NCBI RefSeq assembly: GCF_013365495.1
Contig: NZ_CP046580.1
Span: forward strand, 300,001 to 332,000
Origin: Candidatus Saccharimonadota bacterium
Lineage (GTDB): Bacteria; Pseudomonadota; Alphaproteobacteria; Rickettsiales; Anaplasmataceae
Length of the DNA stretch: 32,000 nt
Reading direction: 5' to 3'
A program made the position numbers and the translations under genes. Shown here in pieces: positions 18,203 to 26,621 of the stretch. The notes beneath the pieces are model-generated. The model was not told the origin of the DNA. It worked only from the letters and a program-made list of their open reading frames with translations, and searched no databases. The stretch's first letter is position 1. Every line of letters starts with the position of its first letter.

Positions 18203-18853
18203 ATGGTGCGTAATAACTTTGCTACGAAATTATCATATATAAGAAACTTATTTGTAAAGGATTGTATAGAGATAGAGGAATGTTGTATTTTTAAAAGTAA
18301 GAAACACATTCAAATTAGTGCTGAAGAGGGAAAGCTGCTTAGTTTTTTTATAAAAATTCATAAAGTAAAAAATGTTATTGAAATTGGTACATTATATGGT
18401 TATTCATCAATTTGTATGGCGCAAGCTTTACCTGAGTATGGTCATATATATACAATAGAAAATAATCTTGAACATTCAAGTGTAGCAAAGGCAAATTTTA
18501 ATGCTTTTAATTTGAATAGTAAGATTACTTTAATGGAAGGCGACGCATCGGAAAAACTCAATGAGTTATCAGCACAAGCACCATTTGATATGATCTTTAT
18601 TGATGCTAATAAGGTTGATTATCCTAAATATTTAGATTGGGCGGAGATATATATTAAACAGGATGGATTAATTATTGCTGATAACACTTTATTATTTAAC
18701 ACAGTATTTTTGGAGTCAGCTCCAAAGAAAAAATCAGAAAAATTGTGGTATGCTATGAGGGAATTTAATTATAGATTATCTAATAAAAAAAAATATTACT
18801 CTGTGTTGATTCCAACTGATGAAGGAATGACTGTTGCTTTAAAGCTGACGTAA
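18203..18853 (+). CDS. SAM-dependent O-methyltransferase, family 3 (caffeoyl-CoA OMT-like)
   Basis: 216 aa. SAM motif VIEIGTLYGYSS, then DMIFIDANKVDYPKYLDWA and GLIIADNTL, typical of the Methyltransf_3 family. Confidence 0.85.
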   Translation: MVRNNFATKLSYIRNLFVKDCIEIEECCIFKSKKHIQISAEEGKLLSFFIKIHKVKNVIEIGTLYGYSSICMAQALPEYGHIYTIENNLEHSSVAKANFNAFNLNSKITLMEGDASEKLNELSAQAPFDMIFIDANKVDYPKYLDWAEIYIKQDGLIIADNTLLFNTVFLESAPKKKSEKLWYAMREFNYRLSNKKKYYSVLIPTDEGMTVALKLT

Positions 18854-19713
18854 GTGTGTGAAAATTAAAACTTTCTTATTGTGTTTGGGGGTAAGCCAAG
18901 AACCCTCTCAGTAATATATTATGAAACAGGTTTAATTCAATAAGTTATCTTTTAAAGTTTACTTTATTTTTTATAAAAAGCTACTTACTTAGCTTATTAC
19001 AAAATATATCTACTGAATTTAGCTGTTGTGAAATAAACCTAATTAGTGCAAAATGTTTTTGTTAATTTAAGTACTTTATACTTTAATATAATCAAGACAG
19101 ATTTGTTTGACTACTAAAGAATCATGGGGTATTATGTTAGTTGATTTTATTCTTTAGAATTAATGTTAGTAACTTTACTAAGTTTATTACAAACCAGCTA
19201 ATTAAGGCTTAATTTTAGACTTACTAGCGGTAGAGAAGAGGAAATTTATTTGTTGGCAGATATATTTTGCTATTGATTTTTTTTAAATATACAGGTTGTG
19301 TGTTGCTGTTTCTATACTGGGATTATCTCTTTAAATTAAGATTTTGAGGTTTTTTTGTCGAGTTGGGGAGAAATCTTCATAAATTCATTATATTTTTCAT
19401 AGGCTGCATATGAAGTTCTAACTTAGCTTTTTTTTTTGAGTAAGACTTTATAATTTTTGTAAAAATGGAAAGAAGTAAAGTATATAAAATCATAAACTTT
19501 CTTCTTTAATGTTTTTCTTTATTTTCTATATTATATATTTTAGTATTAGAAATACGATAGTTACTATATGTATAGTGATTTTTTATAGTGGCTTGTATGG
19601 TAACTAATTTTGATTTACTTCAAAAGTAAGTGTACTAAAAAAAATAACCTTAAGCTATCAAGTAGTATAAATATATTTTGTGTTGAGTGAAAAACAAGTA
19701 TAATATTCTTTAA

Positions 19714-19792
19714 GGTATGCAGGCAAAAACTCTGTAACTTGGTCAGATCAGAAATGAAGCAGCCATATCAGAATCTTTTTGGGTTGCATACC
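19714..19792 (+). ncRNA. ffs: signal recognition particle RNA (4.5S / small SRP RNA)
   Basis: GGTCAGATCAGAAATGAAGCAGCC (19741-19764) matches the domain IV core of E. coli 4.5S RNA (GGUCAGGUCCGGAAGGAAGCAGCC). A compensatory C-G to A-U change closes a GNRA tetraloop (GAAA, 19751-19754). The terminal helix is GGTATGCA / TGCATACC (19714-19721 / 19785-19792). TATAAT lies at 19699-19704. Location directly upstream of dnaX is a common arrangement. Ends are approximate by a few nt. Confidence 0.8.
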
Positions 19793-19826
19793 TACATTTA
19801 TTGTTTGATATTTAAGTTGAAGGTTT

Positions 19827-21308
19827 ATGAATATAGCACTAAAATATCGTCCTGGTAACTTTAAAGAGTTGATAGGTCAAGATATATTAGTACATATTTT
19901 TAAAAATGCTTTTACTCTCAACAAAATTCCACAGTCTGTATTGCTTTCTGGTAGTAGTGGAGTTGGTAAAACTACAACGGCAAGAATAATAGCTTTATGT
20001 TTAAATTGTTCTTTAGGGCCAACTTTTGAACCTTGCGGATTATGTGAAAATTGTCTAGCAATAAAAAATTCAAGTCATCCAGATGTAATTGAGATTGATG
20101 CAGCAAGTCATACTAGTGTTGAAGATATTAAAGTAATATTGGGAGATGTTTGTTATTTACCTATAAGTTCTAAATTTAAAATTTATATTATAGATGAGGT
20201 ACATATGTTATCGAGTAGTGCATTTAATGCATTGCTTAAAACTTTAGAGGAGCCACCATCTAATGTAAAGTTTATTTTAGCAACTACAGAAGTAAAAAAG
20301 ATACCAGTAACTGTTATTGCACGTTGTCAAAGATTTGATTTACATAAAATACCTGTTATTAAAATAGTGAAGCATTTAAATGACATTGCAAAGAAAGAAA
20401 ATTTTTTTGTTGAAAGTAGAGCATTAGAGTTAATTGCATATCATTGTGGTAATTCAATGCGTAATGCTTTATTTCTTATGAATCAAGCAATGTTATATAG
20501 TAAAGATTTAGTATCTGTAGAAAATGTAACAAAAATACTTAGTTTAGTAGATGAAGATATTGTATTTAATTTGATGGAAACACTATTAGATGGTAATTTA
20601 CAAGAAACTTTATTAATATTTGATGAAGCAGCAAAAGTGGTAAGTCCACTTAGTATTTTAGAGAGTTTATTACAGGCAATTCAGTTGATATGTCGTTTTT
20701 TGATTACAAAGGAAATTAGTAGTTCAGTGCTGGAATATGGAAGAGATAAGATAAAAAATTTAAGTACAAAGAGGTCTTTAATATTTTTTGCAAGATTATG
20801 GAAAGTACTTCTTAAAGGAATTCAAGATATAAAAGCTTCGACATGTAGTGATATTGCTGCTGAAATGATATTAATCAGTCTCTGTTACCTTTCAGATTTG
20901 CCTTCTCCTGAACAAGTGGTTAAAAAAGTTCTTGCCCATGATACACAGCAAAGTAATACTTATGATGTGGAAGATATGCAGCAAAAAAAAAATAATTTTA
21001 ATAAAATTTTGCAACTGTTACAGCAAAATAATCAAATTTATCTTTACAAACAGCTATGTAATAATTTACAATTAATAGATTGTAAACCTGGGTATTTAAA
21101 ATTAAAGGCTGTATCTCAGTTGAATAGTGATTTTTGTGATGACTTAAAAAAGTATTTGAATCAGGTGACTCAGTATCAATGGTTAGTGATAGTTGACTTA
21201 GATTATGTTAATAGAGGAATAAGAAATCTAAGTTGTGCATCTGTAGTCAAGGATATACTTGATACATTTAAGGGTGCAAAAGTAGTAAATATAGAAGATA
21301 AGGAGTAA
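19827..21308 (+). CDS. dnaX: DNA polymerase III subunit gamma/tau
   Basis: 493 aa. Walker A GSSGVGKTTTAR, Zn module CLNCSLGPTFEPCGLCENC, DEVHMLS, SRC-type ARCQRF. Confidence 0.95.
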   Translation: MNIALKYRPGNFKELIGQDILVHIFKNAFTLNKIPQSVLLSGSSGVGKTTTARIIALCLNCSLGPTFEPCGLCENCLAIKNSSHPDVIEIDAASHTSVEDIKVILGDVCYLPISSKFKIYIIDEVHMLSSSAFNALLKTLEEPPSNVKFILATTEVKKIPVTVIARCQRFDLHKIPVIKIVKHLNDIAKKENFFVESRALELIAYHCGNSMRNALFLMNQAMLYSKDLVSVENVTKILSLVDEDIVFNLMETLLDGNLQETLLIFDEAAKVVSPLSILESLLQAIQLICRFLITKEISSSVLEYGRDKIKNLSTKRSLIFFARLWKVLLKGIQDIKASTCSDIAAEMILISLCYLSDLPSPEQVVKKVLAHDTQQSNTYDVEDMQQKKNNFNKILQLLQQNNQIYLYKQLCNNLQLIDCKPGYLKLKAVSQLNSDFCDDLKKYLNQVTQYQWLVIVDLDYVNRGIRNLSCASVVKDILDTFKGAKVVNIEDKE

Positions 21309-21644
21309 GTGGTGGATTTTAGTCAAATAATGAAGCAAGCACAAGAGATGCAAAAAAAACTTGTAGAGGCTCAAGAAAAATATATTGGAAAAGAATTTCA
21401 AGGTATTTCTGGTGGCGGTAAAGTTTCCGTGTTAATGGAGGTTATAAAGATAGGTAGTTATAAAGCAAAAAAAATAAACATAGATTTAGAGTTTATGAGA
21501 AATGAGGAGAAAGATATAGTAGAGGACTTAGTAATAGCAGCATTTAATGATGCTATTAAAAAAGTAGAAGCTGATATGGCAAATGCGACTTCTAATCTTG
21601 CGAGTATGATAGGTCTTCCTCCTGGGTTTAAGCTTCCTTTCTAG
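21309..21644 (+). CDS. ybaB: YbaB/EbfC-family nucleoid-associated protein
   Basis: 111 aa. MKQAQEMQKKLVEAQEK..GGGKVSV..AAFNDAIKKVE pattern. The GTG start immediately follows the dnaX stop. Confidence 0.9.
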   Translation: MVDFSQIMKQAQEMQKKLVEAQEKYIGKEFQGISGGGKVSVLMEVIKIGSYKAKKINIDLEFMRNEEKDIVEDLVIAAFNDAIKKVEADMANATSNLASMIGLPPGFKLPF

Positions 21645-21892
21645 AGTTCTTTCTGTTTAACAAAAAAAGTTTCTGATGTTCTTAATGTTGTCTTTAGTTT
21701 GGTTGTTTTATGCTATATCAAAGTAAAGCTGTAGGCAATAAGAGAAATGAATGGGAAAAGTTAAGAAAATGCTATAGTTTAAAGAGAAAGGAAGTGTAGA
21801 TAGAAAATTATCTGGTTTTATTTATTGTGGTTTTTTACTTTTTCCTAAAAAGTAGTTTAAATGCTAAATATTTTATATTATTAAGTTAGTGC

Positions 21893-21921
21893 TTGACTTA
21901 ACTTTAGCTTTTATTTAAATT
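21893..21921 (+). promoter_or_regulatory. possible wsp promoter (TTGACT - 17 nt - TAAATT)
   Basis: TTGACT at 21893-21898 and TAAATT at 21916-21921, about 35 nt upstream of ATG 21957, which has SD GAGGGTGA. AT-rich background, low specificity. Confidence 0.3.
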
Positions 21922-21956
21922 GCTAAATGTGGATTATTTTTTTGACGAGGGTGATT

Positions 21957-22667
21957 ATGCATTATAAAAAGTTTTTTTCAGCAACTGCTTTAGTGACTTT
22001 GCTAAGTTTATCAAGCGCTGCTTTTTCAGATCCTGTTGGTTCAATAGATGATGAAGAAACTAATTGCTATATTCGTTTGCAGTACAACGGTGAATTTTTA
22101 CCGTTTAAAACGGAGATTGATGGTGTTACAGGTGCTAAAAAGAAGAATACAGATGCTCATGTAGTTAGTGATCTTTATAAAGCTTCTTTTATGGCTGGTG
22201 GTAGTGCTTTTGGTTATAAAATGGATGATATTAGAGTTGATATTGAAGGGCTTTATTCACAGCTAAGTAAGGATGCGTTTGAAATAGCTCCTACTCCGGC
22301 AATAGCAGATAATTTAAATGTACTGTCAGGATTAGTTAATGTTTATTATGATGTAGCAATTGAAGATATTCCTGTTACTCCGTATGTTGGTATTGGTGTT
22401 GGTGTAGCGTATCTTAGTAATCCTTTAGCAGTAAAAGTTATAGGTGATAAAGAATATGGGTTTGGCTTTGCTTATCAAGCAAAAGCTGGTGTCAGTTATG
22501 ATGTAACTCCAGAAATTAAACTCTTTACTGGAGCTCGTTATTTTGGTTCTTATGGTGTGAAGTTTGATAAACTAGTTGCTGAAGGTGGTCAGCAACCTAC
22601 TAAAGATGGAATTAAAGTTCTTTATAGTACTATTGGCGCAGAGGCTGGATTAATGTTTAATTTTTAG
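21957..22667 (+). CDS. wsp: Wolbachia surface protein (Surface_Ag_2 / Msp4-OMP1 family beta-barrel)
   Basis: Start at MHYKKFFSATALVTLLSLSSAAFSDPVG (signal peptide). Conserved blocks GGSAFGYKMDDIRVDIEGLYSQL, LVNVYYD.AIED.P.TPY.G.GVG, GFAYQAKAGVSYDVTPEIKLFTGARYFGSYG and GAEAGLMFNF match WSP as I remember it. The ORF-track start at 21927 adds 10 implausible residues. Confidence 0.9.
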   Translation: MHYKKFFSATALVTLLSLSSAAFSDPVGSIDDEETNCYIRLQYNGEFLPFKTEIDGVTGAKKKNTDAHVVSDLYKASFMAGGSAFGYKMDDIRVDIEGLYSQLSKDAFEIAPTPAIADNLNVLSGLVNVYYDVAIEDIPVTPYVGIGVGVAYLSNPLAVKVIGDKEYGFGFAYQAKAGVSYDVTPEIKLFTGARYFGSYGVKFDKLVAEGGQQPTKDGIKVLYSTIGAEAGLMFNF

Positions 22668-22743
22668 TTTATTTTGTACTCTTCATTGTTTTTAGTTTTG
22701 TTATTTTAGTGTTAATAGTTGTTAAAGATCTAAAAAATGTTAA

Positions 22744-22767
22744 TTCCAGTGTACAAAAACACTGGAA
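22744..22767 (+). terminator. 9-bp perfect hairpin downstream of wsp (no U-tract)
   Basis: TTCCAGTGT (22744-22752) / loop ACAAAA / ACACTGGAA (22759-22767), 77 nt after the wsp stop. It is followed by TGGCATGG, so it is not a canonical intrinsic terminator. Confidence 0.3.
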
Positions 22768-22865
22768 TGGCATGGCTCGTTATGTATTACTTGAGCTTAT
22801 ATTGAAGTCTATAGGGTTTTTAATCATTTAAGAGTAATAATTTACATTTTTCTTTGAGTGAAGAC

Positions 22866-22895
22866 TTGAATTTTTACTAGAAAATTACGTATATT
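22866..22895 (+). promoter_or_regulatory. possible rpoH promoter (TTGAAT - 18 nt - TATATT)
   Basis: Hexamers at 22866-22871 and 22890-22895, about 30 nt upstream of ATG 22926. Confidence 0.25.
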
Positions 22896-22925
22896 ATATA
22901 CATTAAGATTTTAGTTTAAGTTATT

Positions 22926-23816
22926 ATGTTAGTTCCGGCAGTGGGTTTATGTATTAATAGTGCTAGTTTAGCTCAGTATATTATTGAAGTGCAAAAATTT
23001 CCTATGCTTTCTCAAGAGGAAGAAATACGATTAGCCAAAAATTGGCATCAATATAAAAATGTTTCTTCTGCTCATAGATTGATCACTAGTCATTTAAATT
23101 TGGTAGTAAAAATTGCAATGAAATTTAAAAATTATGGGCTGTTGCTTATGGACTTAATTATGGAAGGAAATATGGGCTTAATGCATGCAGTGAAAAAATT
23201 TAATCCTGATTTAGGATTTCGTTTTTCGACTTATGCAGTATGGTGGATTGAAGCTTCAATAAAAGATTTTATATTGAAGTCTTGGTCATTTATAAAAATA
23301 GGTACAACACAAGCACAGAGAAAATTATTTTTTAGTTTACGTAAAATAAAAAAAAGAATTTTACAATATACAAATAGGGAAATTTTAAGTGATGAGGAGA
23401 TAAGAATCATATCTAATGAACTTTCTGTATCTGAAGGAGATGTCGTGCAAATGAATCACCGTTTGGCTTATAAGGATCAGTCATTGAATAATTATTTAAA
23501 AGTAGGTAATGATTCTAAGAAAGAATTGCAAGATATAATTCCTTGTAATTCAGCTACTCAAGAGGTAACTTACCAAAAGTATGAAGAAAAAGAGTTGAAA
23601 GAGACAATTTTAAATAATGCATTAGCAAGTCTTAGTGAAAGGTCAAGGGACATTTTTATTAGTAGATATTTATCTGAAAATACTCAAACTTTAGATGAAC
23701 TTGGTAAAAAATATGGTATTTCAAGAGAAAGGATAAGACAATTAGCTGAACAAGCCATGATCAAGGTGAGACAATATATACAGTCAGAGAGTTTAAGACT
23801 TAATTTATATGCGTAG
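22926..23816 (+). CDS. rpoH: RNA polymerase sigma-32 (heat-shock sigma factor)
   Basis: 296 aa. Region 2 YGLLLMDLIMEGNMGLMHAVKKFNPDLGFRFSTYAVWWI, then RpoH box TTQAQRKLFFSLRK, then region 4 ISRERIRQLAEQA. Confidence 0.9.
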   Translation: MLVPAVGLCINSASLAQYIIEVQKFPMLSQEEEIRLAKNWHQYKNVSSAHRLITSHLNLVVKIAMKFKNYGLLLMDLIMEGNMGLMHAVKKFNPDLGFRFSTYAVWWIEASIKDFILKSWSFIKIGTTQAQRKLFFSLRKIKKRILQYTNREILSDEEIRIISNELSVSEGDVVQMNHRLAYKDQSLNNYLKVGNDSKKELQDIIPCNSATQEVTYQKYEEKELKETILNNALASLSERSRDIFISRYLSENTQTLDELGKKYGISRERIRQLAEQAMIKVRQYIQSESLRLNLYA

Positions 23817-24306
23817 TTTTTTTTTATTTCTAATATTTTTTTCAATAAGTGCTTTTGCATCAGTTAATAGTGTTCAGTTGAAAGAAAAGTATAAAGATTG
23901 GTTTGTATATTCTGTATTAGAAGATGGAGAAAAAGTATGTTATATTATATCTTATCCTAAGAAAAAAAGTGAACATTATATAACTGCTCGTGAGCCATAT
24001 GTGATGGTTAATTATATTGATAAAAGAGCGGATGAGGTAAGTGTTACTTCTGGTTTTCAGTATGATAAAGAGCCTGTAATTCTAAATATAGATAGAAGAA
24101 TTAGGTATGTATTACCTATAATACAGGGAAGTTTTGCATGGACAGAGCATATAAAAAAAGATCAGGATTTAATCCTTAGGATGAAACAAGGAATATCAAT
24201 GATGGTGAGTGGAAAAATAAAAGCAACAACTGTTGATGATGCTTATTCTCTGCTTGGATTTCAAAAGGCATATCAGAAAATGCATAATTCTTGTCATGCA
24301 AAGTGA
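23809..24306 (+). CDS. secreted/periplasmic protein, possibly IalB-like (invasion-associated locus B family)
   Basis: 165 aa. Signal peptide MRSFFLFLIFFSISAFA. The overall pattern (W near the mature N-terminus, central beta-rich region, C-terminal SLLGFQKAY) resembles IalB-type proteins as I recall them. The family call is weak. The start overlaps the rpoH stop by 8 nt. Confidence 0.5.
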   Translation: MRSFFLFLIFFSISAFASVNSVQLKEKYKDWFVYSVLEDGEKVCYIISYPKKKSEHYITAREPYVMVNYIDKRADEVSVTSGFQYDKEPVILNIDRRIRYVLPIIQGSFAWTEHIKKDQDLILRMKQGISMMVSGKIKATTVDDAYSLLGFQKAYQKMHNSCHAK

Positions 24307-24323
24307 ATTATATTTATCACGAC

Positions 24324-25565
24324 TTATATAAGTAAAGCTTGATCAATGTTTTTTACTATATCATCACAAGTAACTATTTTTTCTTTACCTGTATCCATAT
24401 CTTTGATTTTTAGGGTTTTACTATTTAATTCTTTGTTACCAAAAGTAAGCACAGTTTTAGCATTTGCTTGATTTGCTTTTTTCATACGGCTTTTAAGCGT
24501 TCCGCTATATTCATGAATTATGTATAAACCATTCTTGCGCAATTTGTTTGCGAGTGTCAAAGCGTATTCTTCAGCATTTTTACCAATAGGAATTAGGTAA
24601 GTAGGTCTTTTCTTTTTTATAGAGAAATTGATTAATTTCATTATGCGCTCGATACCTCCAGCAAATCCTATTGCTGGGGTATATTTTTCACCTATCGAAG
24701 ACAATAGATTATCATATCTTCCCCCTGCAAGTACTGCTTCTTGACTACCCAAATTTTCTGTTATGAATTCGAATACTGTATGACAGTAATAATCTAATCC
24801 ACGAACTAATTTATTGTTTACGGTGTAGGGTATATCAAGGACTGTTAATCCATTTAGTATTTGATCAAAAAAATATGATGATTCTTTTGTATAATGATCA
24901 CTAATTCTAGGAGCATCAGAAATTATTTTTTTATCTGTTTCATTTTTAGAATCTAATATTCTGAGTGGATTTTTAATCAATCTATTTTGACTATCTTCTG
25001 ATAAGTCATTTTTAAATTTTTTAAAATATGATATTAGAGCTTCTCTATATTTTGGTATTGTTTCACTACCACCTAAAGAATTAATTTCTAGCTTTAAATT
25101 TTTCTCGATACTAAATTCGGTTAATAGGTGTTGAGCGAGTGATATCAATTCAATATCAGCTTTTGGATCTTCTATACCAAAAACTTCGAAATTTATTTGA
25201 TGAAATTGTCTTTGTCTTCCTTTTTGTGGTCTTTCGTATCGAAATGTAGGTCCTGTTGAAAATAGTTTGATCGGTGTTTGTAATTTTTTTTCAATCAATA
25301 GTCTCACAATTGCCGTAGTAAATTCAGGGCGCAAGGTTATACTTTTTCCTTTTTTATCGTTAAAAGTATACATCTCTTTATTGATGATGTCTGAGCTATT
25401 ACCTAAAGTTTTTGTGAAGACTTCTGTATATTCAAATATCGGAGTTTGAACAGGCAAAAAACCATATAGATTTGAAATTTTACTTGCTGTTTGTTCTATA
25501 TATTTAAATTTGTACCATTCATTGAATAATAGATCTTTCGTTCCTCTGACTGTTTTAATGATCAT
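24324..25565 (-). CDS. hisS: histidyl-tRNA synthetase
   Basis: 413 aa. VRGTKDLL, class II motifs ([35 protein letters not shown]). Confidence 0.95.
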   Translation of the reverse strand: MIIKTVRGTKDLLFNEWYKFKYIEQTASKISNLYGFLPVQTPIFEYTEVFTKTLGNSSDIINKEMYTFNDKKGKSITLRPEFTTAIVRLLIEKKLQTPIKLFSTGPTFRYERPQKGRQRQFHQINFEVFGIEDPKADIELISLAQHLLTEFSIEKNLKLEINSLGGSETIPKYREALISYFKKFKNDLSEDSQNRLIKNPLRILDSKNETDKKIISDAPRISDHYTKESSYFFDQILNGLTVLDIPYTVNNKLVRGLDYYCHTVFEFITENLGSQEAVLAGGRYDNLLSSIGEKYTPAIGFAGGIERIMKLINFSIKKKRPTYLIPIGKNAEEYALTLANKLRKNGLYIIHEYSGTLKSRMKKANQANAKTVLTFGNKELNSKTLKIKDMDTGKEKIVTCDDIVKNIDQALLI

Positions 25566-26146
25566 AGTATAGTCTCTACACTTAAAATTTCAGGTATATG
25601 ATAGCATAGCATATTTTGTACTCCCTGCTTAAGAGTAATTATAGCGCTTGGGCATCCAGAGCAAGCCCCTTGCAGTTCAACATAAACTATTCCATCTTTG
25701 TAACCACGAAATTTTATATCACCACCATCTTGAGCAACTGCAGGTTTGATATAACTTTTCATTAATTCTTTTATTTTTTTTACAATTTCTATATCGTTTT
25801 CATTAAAAAATTCTTCTTTTAGAATTTTATTATCATTTATATTTTCTTGATCTAGAGCTTTTCCACCAGAAGTAAAGTGATCCGTAATTGTGGTTAAGAC
25901 TTCTACTTTTAATATATTCCAATCAATTTTATCAGATTTTGTTACTGAAATAAAATTGTGACCAAAAAACACTCTTACTACATGTTTTATTTGAAAAAGA
26001 TTTGTTGCTAATTTAGAGTTTTTTATCTCATTTGCGTTTGAAAAATCTGCTGTTTCTTTTCTGTTTAAAATTGTAAATCCAGGAAGGAATTTTAGTGTAT
26101 TTTGATTTGGTGTTTCTTTAATTTGAATAAACATGTTGTTTACCAT
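25562..26146 (-). CDS. NifU/Nfu-type Fe-S cluster assembly protein (Nfu_N plus NifU C-terminal domain)
   Basis: 194 aa. N-terminal [14 protein letters not shown]-terminal [14 protein letters not shown]...[16 protein letters not shown] (CxxC). The stop overlaps the hisS start (ATGA on the minus strand). Confidence 0.9.
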   Translation of the reverse strand: MVNNMFIQIKETPNQNTLKFLPGFTILNRKETADFSNANEIKNSKLATNLFQIKHVVRVFFGHNFISVTKSDKIDWNILKVEVLTTITDHFTSGGKALDQENINDNKILKEEFFNENDIEIVKKIKELMKSYIKPAVAQDGGDIKFRGYKDGIVYVELQGACSGCPSAIITLKQGVQNMLCYHIPEILSVETIL

Positions 26147-26268
26147 AAGAATTATAATTGTTACTATTTAACCATAAAATGGTAAAGGAATATATATATT
26201 GTTTGTCTTTTTTGCTCTTTTTTTTTGATACTCATGGTAGTAGTATTTTTTTCGCTAGCATTACTGTG

Positions 26269-26308
26269 TTTATTTTCTCTTTAATGTGAAAAATAAAGAG
26301 AAAATAAA
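26269..26308 (+). repeat. 15-bp perfect inverted repeat / hairpin followed by TTTT on the + strand
   Basis: TTTATTTTCTCTTTA (26269-26283) pairs with TAAAGAGAAAATAAA (26294-26308), with 10-nt loop ATGTGAAAAA, then TTTTGTGGG. It lies between two minus-strand genes (purF, nifU-like). Confidence 0.5.
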
Positions 26309-26621
26309 TTTTGTGGGTGCTTCTATATTAATAGATTTTGAAGATTTGATAGTGTTAGAATTTTACTAAGAATAAAATTAGTGGTAATTTTATCTTGATA
26401 GATAGAGGTATTGAAAATGCAAAGTAAACTCGAAATAGGCAGTAAAATAATCAATATATAAAACAAATTACTATTAATATAAGGTGAAGTAGATGTTATA
26501 TAGTAGCCAAAATCACTCTAGTATGGGTTTTATTGAGAGAAAGTCTTTGATGTTGTAATCATAAAATATTATTCTTGTCAGAACTTTTTTTAAAAGGTTA
26601 ATTTTTTTAACTAATTAGTGA

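Noticed and set aside
21882-21908. Shared words TTAAGTTAGT and ACTTAACTTTAG between the wsp upstream region and the 16353-16447 element (also TTAAGTTAAGTTT near 29150)
   Set aside because: These are variations on a low-complexity (TTAAG/CTTAA)n theme common in this AT-rich DNA. The spacing differs (6 versus about 70 nt). I could not extend the similarity.
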